This document shows positions 57,190 through 64,000 of a stretch of DNA of 64,000 nucleotides, piece after piece. Each line of letters starts with the position of its first letter. Positions within the stretch are counted from its first letter, which is position 1. This DNA is from the human T2T-CHM13v2.0 reference genome, Homo sapiens. The stretch is taken from assembly GCF_009914755.1 (NCBI RefSeq), contig NC_060940.1. One strand, 5' to 3'. The translations under genes were made by a program, and so were the position numbers. The notes below the pieces were generated by a model, which was not told the origin of the DNA, searched no databases, and saw only the letters and a program-made list of their open reading frames with translations.

Positions 57190-57440
57190 GAAACGAATAG
57201 CATGAGCCTATTTTTCAGATGGAGAAACTGAGGTTCAGAAAGGTTAGGTAACCTGCTGAGATTTATGCTGCTGATAACTAATCACAACACCTGCCACTTA
57301 CTGAGCATTTACTATGTGCCAAATACTGTGCTAAATGCTTCATATACAGTATCTTCTTTACTCCTCATAAAAAGGTATTGTCATCCCCATTTTACAGGTA
57401 GGGAAACTGAGGCTTAGAGAGATTAATCCAGTTGCTCAAG
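57190..57440 (-). mobile_element. MIR (two cores)
   Basis: CAGATGGAGAAACTGAGG and CCCCATTTTACAGGTAGGGAAACTGAGGC. Confidence 0.85.
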
Positions 57441-58497
57441 AGATGGGGGTAGGGAGGGAGAAAGGGAGGGAAGGCAAGAGAAGGAGGGCAGAAAGGGGGC
57501 AGAAAGAAAAGGGGGACACAGGAGAGAAGGAAGGAATAAATAAATGCAGAAGTCAAAACAGAAAGCTAATACTGCTTGTTCTTCCAATCCCAAGAAGGAG
57601 TCTCTAATAATAATCTAATCAAATTGCATCTCAAAAATACCAGCGTGTTTCAAATCAGGCCAGCCTTAGAGAACTGGAGAACTACATACACACACACACA
57701 CACGCACGTGCTCCATAAAGGTTAAAACCATTACATCAAAATAAAACATATGGCCACCAAATCTGCATTTATTATATCTAATTGGAAGAGACACAGTCAA
57801 GTACATGAATATTTCAGCAGTTTCCAGCATGCAAATCACCATGCCAGGACCCAATTACTCGTTAATCGGCACGTGCCCGGCTTTTGGTGCCCTGGACTGG
57901 AACAACACTCCATCCTTTCCCCACTGGCTGCAGTGTCTGGGTGGCTTCTAATCCTGAGTCACTTATCATTTGCTTCTGCCTTTAAATAGCACCCTAAGAA
58001 CAGAAAGACTTGAAAACCCTCCTTCTCACCAGGTTATACCCTGGATTAGTGTTTGGGGAATACTATGAGCAAAGGCAAGCTATTTGGTTCTAAAATCAAA
58101 TGTAAAATTCAGATCTTTTAATGTAATCTCTGACCTAATCAACGTTAATGTAAAGATTTTGGTGATGTTGTTTAAGCCACAAGACATAGAGTGAACAAAT
58201 GGGAATTAATAGAGATTGATTTTCTGGCCAATTTCCATAAAGGCCCGTGTTCCCCTGCAGAGCGCAAGATGAGAATACAAGAGCAGTATTTTCCAAAAAC
58301 ACTGGTCATTTGGCTCTTGGTTGATCATTTGGATTTTTGCCCCCAGGATTCTTACCATGTCTAAGTATCACCGAGCAAATTATGCACCTGATATTTCTCT
58401 TTGAACCAACTCCCTTTATGTTTATTTTTGGTAAATTTTGCGTTATTATGTAAATATGAATTCAGTATCACTTGCCCTGTTTAGAAGGTATATTAGT

Positions 58498-58785
<288 letters not shown>

Positions 58786-58837
58786 GTATATATATATTAG
58801 GAAAGTTTAGTCAATGCAACAAAGACCACTGACCCCA

Positions 58838-59165
58838 GCCAGGTGTGGTGGCTCATAAATATAATCCCAACATTTGGGGAGGCCATGGCGAGAGGGCTGC
58901 TTGAGACCAGGAGTTTGAGGGTGCAGTGAGCTGTGGATCACACCACTTCACTCCAGCCTAGGCAAAACAGCAAGAGCCTGACTCTACAAAACAATTTAAA
59001 AATTAGCAGGGCATGGTGGTGCATGCCTGTAGTCTCACCTAATTGGGAAGCTGAGGCGGGAGGATTGCTTGAGTCCAGGAGTTCAAGGCCGCAGCAAGCT
59101 ATAATCAAGCCATGCACTCCAGCCTGGACAGCAGAGTGAGACCCCCAACTCTAAAAAATGAAATA
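58838..59165 (+). mobile_element. Chimeric old Alu (both arms carry the right-arm insert)
   Basis: First arm contains TGCAGTGAGCTGTGGATCACACCACT, normally right-arm only. Confidence 0.8.
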
Positions 59166-59269
59166 AAAAATGATCCCAAGAGTTCAAAGGTTTAACATAG
59201 CAAATGTTGTGCATCCAGCATGGGCTGACGGAAGGCTCTGCTTCACTCAGAGACTCGGGCAGAGGGAGA

Positions 59270-59944
<675 letters not shown>

Positions 59945-60960
59945 GGAAGCAATGCCCTCTCAGAACGCCTGGACTCCTTGGTCACTGAACAGGAGATGAC
60001 AGAGCTGGAGGGCCACTCGCTGACGTTTAAATCTTCCACCCAGAGTCCACGGGCCAAGAATAGTCGTCACGTGGCCCTGCCTAACTCCCAGGTGACTGGG
60101 AGATGTGGGGGTGCACATGCATCCTGGGAAGTGGCAAACGTCTCTGCTGCAGAGTGTAACTGCAAAAGCACATAAAGCCATATAATTAAATTCCACCTAG
60201 GATGCTGTGCTGTAAGACTGCTCTGAGCCAGAACATTAAAAAAGAAATTAGCAAGAGTTATAAACATGGTAAAGACATTTGTAGCACCAAGCTGAGACCT
60301 TCTCCTTGACTCCAGCGAAGGGATTAGGAGAGAATTGAAAAGGAAATTACTTTCACAATATGACTCAATGTTATTTAATGTATGTCCCTGTATCAACTAA
60401 AATTACCTGCAGGAAAAACTAAACCATGGAAAGAAAGTCTCTGAGGCAAAACAGAAACCAGACAGGGAGGAAAGATGTGTTACGTAAAGTAAGAATTCTT
60501 GGGTGGACAACAACATCACTGGTGTGACAGATGGTATTATCCAAAGATGACAACACCAACCTATCCCATCTCACAAGCTCTTGCAATGTGACAATGACAG
60601 GCCTCCTTCAAAAGGGAAGGAGCAGTCTGCATCCTCTCCCCTTGATTCTGAGTGGGCCTGAGATTATGGCAGAAGAGAACCCCATAACTTTCAAGGCAAT
60701 GTTTTAAAAGGTCATATACCCCAAGAGTATACCCCAAGAGTAATGAACACACCTAAAGCCTAGATCTTGATTTCTGATACCATTCTCCAACAAAAGAAAC
60801 CAGACTTCTTGAAAAAAATGGCTGATTCCAGGACTGGGGCAGGAAATATACATGATGAGCCTGGAGCATATTGTAGCATCAAAAAGTAAGGAAGTACACA
60901 CATACATGCACACACACACCACAGGTGCCAGTGTGAAGAAGCTTCCAATGGCCAAAGCTA

Positions 60961-61290
<330 letters not shown>

Positions 61291-61474
61291 AAGTAGTCTT
61301 GGATTATAACCCAGAGTGTAAAATAAATAACCATGAGTCAATACAGGCATTAATAAATGATTACATAAATAAATAAATGGGAAAGAGAATGGAGAAATCT
61401 TCCATGCTGAATAATTCCAAGTAATTTTTTAGATACCCCACCCTCCACCCCTGAAGAGACTGAAAATAACATCA

Positions 61475-61602
61475 GTCAGGTGCAGTGGCTCACACCTGTA
61501 ACCTCAGCGCTTTAGGAGGCTGAGGCAGGAGGAACACTTGAGCCAAGGAGTTGGAAGACCAGCCTGGGCAACATAGTAAGACCCTGTCTCTACTAAAAAA
61601 AA
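61475..61602 (+). mobile_element. FLAM/Alu left monomer
   Basis: Single monomer. Confidence 0.88.
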
Positions 61603-61609
61603 ATTTTAT

Positions 61610-61855
61610 GTCAGCTAAATAATGAGAACACATGGATACATAGAGGGAAACAACACACACTGGAGCCTATTGGAGGGAGGAAAGGGGGAAGAGAGAGAAG
61701 ATCAGAGAAAATAACTAGTGAGTACTAAGCTTAATACCTGGGTGATGAAATAATCTGCACAACAAATCCCCGTCACACGTTTACCTATATAACAAACCTG
61801 CATATGTACACCTAAACTTAAAAGTTAAAAAGAATTTAATTAAAAATAAAATAAT
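61610..61855 (+). mobile_element. L1PA (older primate) 3' end
   Basis: AATGAGAACACATGGATACA..TTAATACCTGGGTGATG..TTTACCTATATAACAAACCTGCA..A-rich tail. Confidence 0.88.
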
Positions 61856-61906
61856 TTTAAAAAGGCTAACATCAACAGTGGTAAGTCATGTTGATAGTAT
61901 GTACCC

Positions 61907-62203
61907 TTTTTTTTTTTTTTGAGACGGAGTCTCGCTCTGTTGCCCAGGATGGAGTGCAGTGGTATGATCTCGGCTCACTGCAACCTCTGTCTCCTGGCTT
62001 CGAGTGATTCCCCTGCCTCAGCCTCCTGAGTAGCTGGGATTACAGGTGTGCATCATCACATCTGGCTGATTTTTGTATTTTTAGTAGAGATGGGGTTTCA
62101 CCATGTTGGCCGGGCGAGTCTTGAACTCCTGGCCTCAAGTAATCTGCCCACCTCGGCCTCCCAAAGTGCTGGGATTACAGGCGTGAGCCACTGCACCCAG
62201 CCA
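61907..62203 (-). mobile_element. AluS
   Basis: TSD GATAGTATGTACCCTT. Confidence 0.96.
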
Positions 62204-62668
62204 GATAGTATGTACCCTTGATATGATGTGATGAGAAGGGTACTTCACCCCAAAATGCATAACCCCAGCCTAACCATTAGAACATCAGAAAAACCCAGCC
62301 AAGGGACTCGCTACAAAATACCTGCCTAGTACTCAAGACCATCAAGGTATGAAAACCAAGGAAAGTCTGAGAAACTCTCACTGCCAAGAGAAGTCTAAGG
62401 AGACATGGCCACCAAGGTAATGTGGTGTTCTGGATGGGATCCCAGAAGACAGAAAGGACATGAGATAACAACTCAGGAAATTTGAATAAAGTATGAGCTT
62501 TAGTTATTTTAAAAAAGTATCAATATTGGTTCATTAATGGTGGGAGATGCACTATACCATCTAAGATAGTAATCATAGGGAAAACTGGATGCAGGATATA
62601 TGGGAAATTTCTGTACTAGCTTTCTGATTTTTCTGTCAATCTAAATGTATTCTGAAATTAATTTTTTA

Positions 62669-63180
<512 letters not shown>

Positions 63181-63423
63181 GAAAGGAAAGGGGAGGGAAG
63201 GGGAGGGGAGGGGAGTGGAGGGGAGTGGAGGGGAAGGGAGGGGAAGGGAAGGGAAGGGAAGGGGAGGGGAGTGGAGGGGAGTGGAGGGGAAGGGAGGGGA
63301 AGGGAAGGGAAGGGAAGGGAAGGGAAGGGGAAGGGAAGCGGGAGGGGAGGGGAGGGGAGGGAAGGGGAGGGAAGGAAGGGAAGGGAAGGAGAAGGGACGG
63401 GGGAGGGGAGGGAAGGGGAGGGA
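63181..63423. repeat. (GGGGA/GGGAA)n polypurine tract
   Basis: ~240 bp almost pure purine; ~60-bp block with GTGGA variants duplicated. Confidence 0.95.
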
Positions 63424-63424
63424 A

Positions 63425-63675
63425 ACAAATGCACAAGGACCCCCAGCTGTTCCAGCCCCCAGATATTTGAGTCTTCCCAGCCCAGGTGCCAGACATGCAT
63501 GTGATGGGGGCCTTTCAGATAACTTCAGCCCCTGGACTTCTAGCTCCCCAGTTGATACCAAGTGGAACACAGACAAGCTGTCTCCACCAATCCCTGTTCA
63601 CATTATAGATTATTGCTCAAAATAAATGGTGTTTTAAGCCACCAAATTTTATGGTTGTTACTCAGCATTAGATAC
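63425..63675 (+). mobile_element. MLT1 LTR 3' part
   Basis: CCCAGCCCAGGTGCCAGACATG..AAATAAATGGTGTTTTAAGCCAC..GATACA. Confidence 0.75.
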
Positions 63676-64000
63676 ATGGGACAACTGGTCTGCAAACCGA
63701 CTTCAGTGGTTGATGTGTCTTCTGTACTGACTTCTGCTACGTGCTGGGCACTGGCGACACAAGATTCACAGGATATGGTCCCTGCCCTTGAAGAACTCAC
63801 ATTCAAGTAGAAGAAATCGAGTGCCATGACAGTGACGGCAAACAATGACAATACTGGATTACAGGGATCAATACAGCACTTCAGAGACGGAGAAATGAGT
63901 GGATGGCTCTAGGGGATCCTGGGGATACTGATGCCAGTGGCGCCCGTTTGGAGCAGCCGCTGTGAAGACGCTGGCTGCAGTGGGGGAGAAGCAGCCAGGG

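Overview
Primate (human-like) non-coding genomic DNA with no intact protein-coding gene, RNA gene or CRISPR-type system that I can support. About 47 Alu/FLAM elements (roughly a fifth of the window) are mixed with MIR and L2 relics, MaLR LTRs (THE1/MST/MLT1), ERV1/ERVL solo LTRs and DNA-transposon fossils. Landmarks are a full-length processed EEF1A1 pseudogene (minus strand, 5942-8015, with TSD, frameshifts and an Alu insertion) and a ~3 kb GGT/GAT triplet array whose 2.2 kb core uses only two triplets. The most unusual signal is three separate short-range templated insertions. In each, 100-240 bp was copied from a donor 1.1-1.5 kb away across an Alu boundary, without a new poly(A) tail or TSD. 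Other candidates are a GNRA-capped hairpin inserted in an Alu linker, a MER41B whose STAT site has N4 (STAT6-type) spacing, a CTCF site with upstream module, and several TAAT/octamer-rich unique blocks resembling developmental enhancers. Repeat subfamily names come from recalled consensus sequences, not a database search; repeat coordinates are approximate unless a TSD is quoted.
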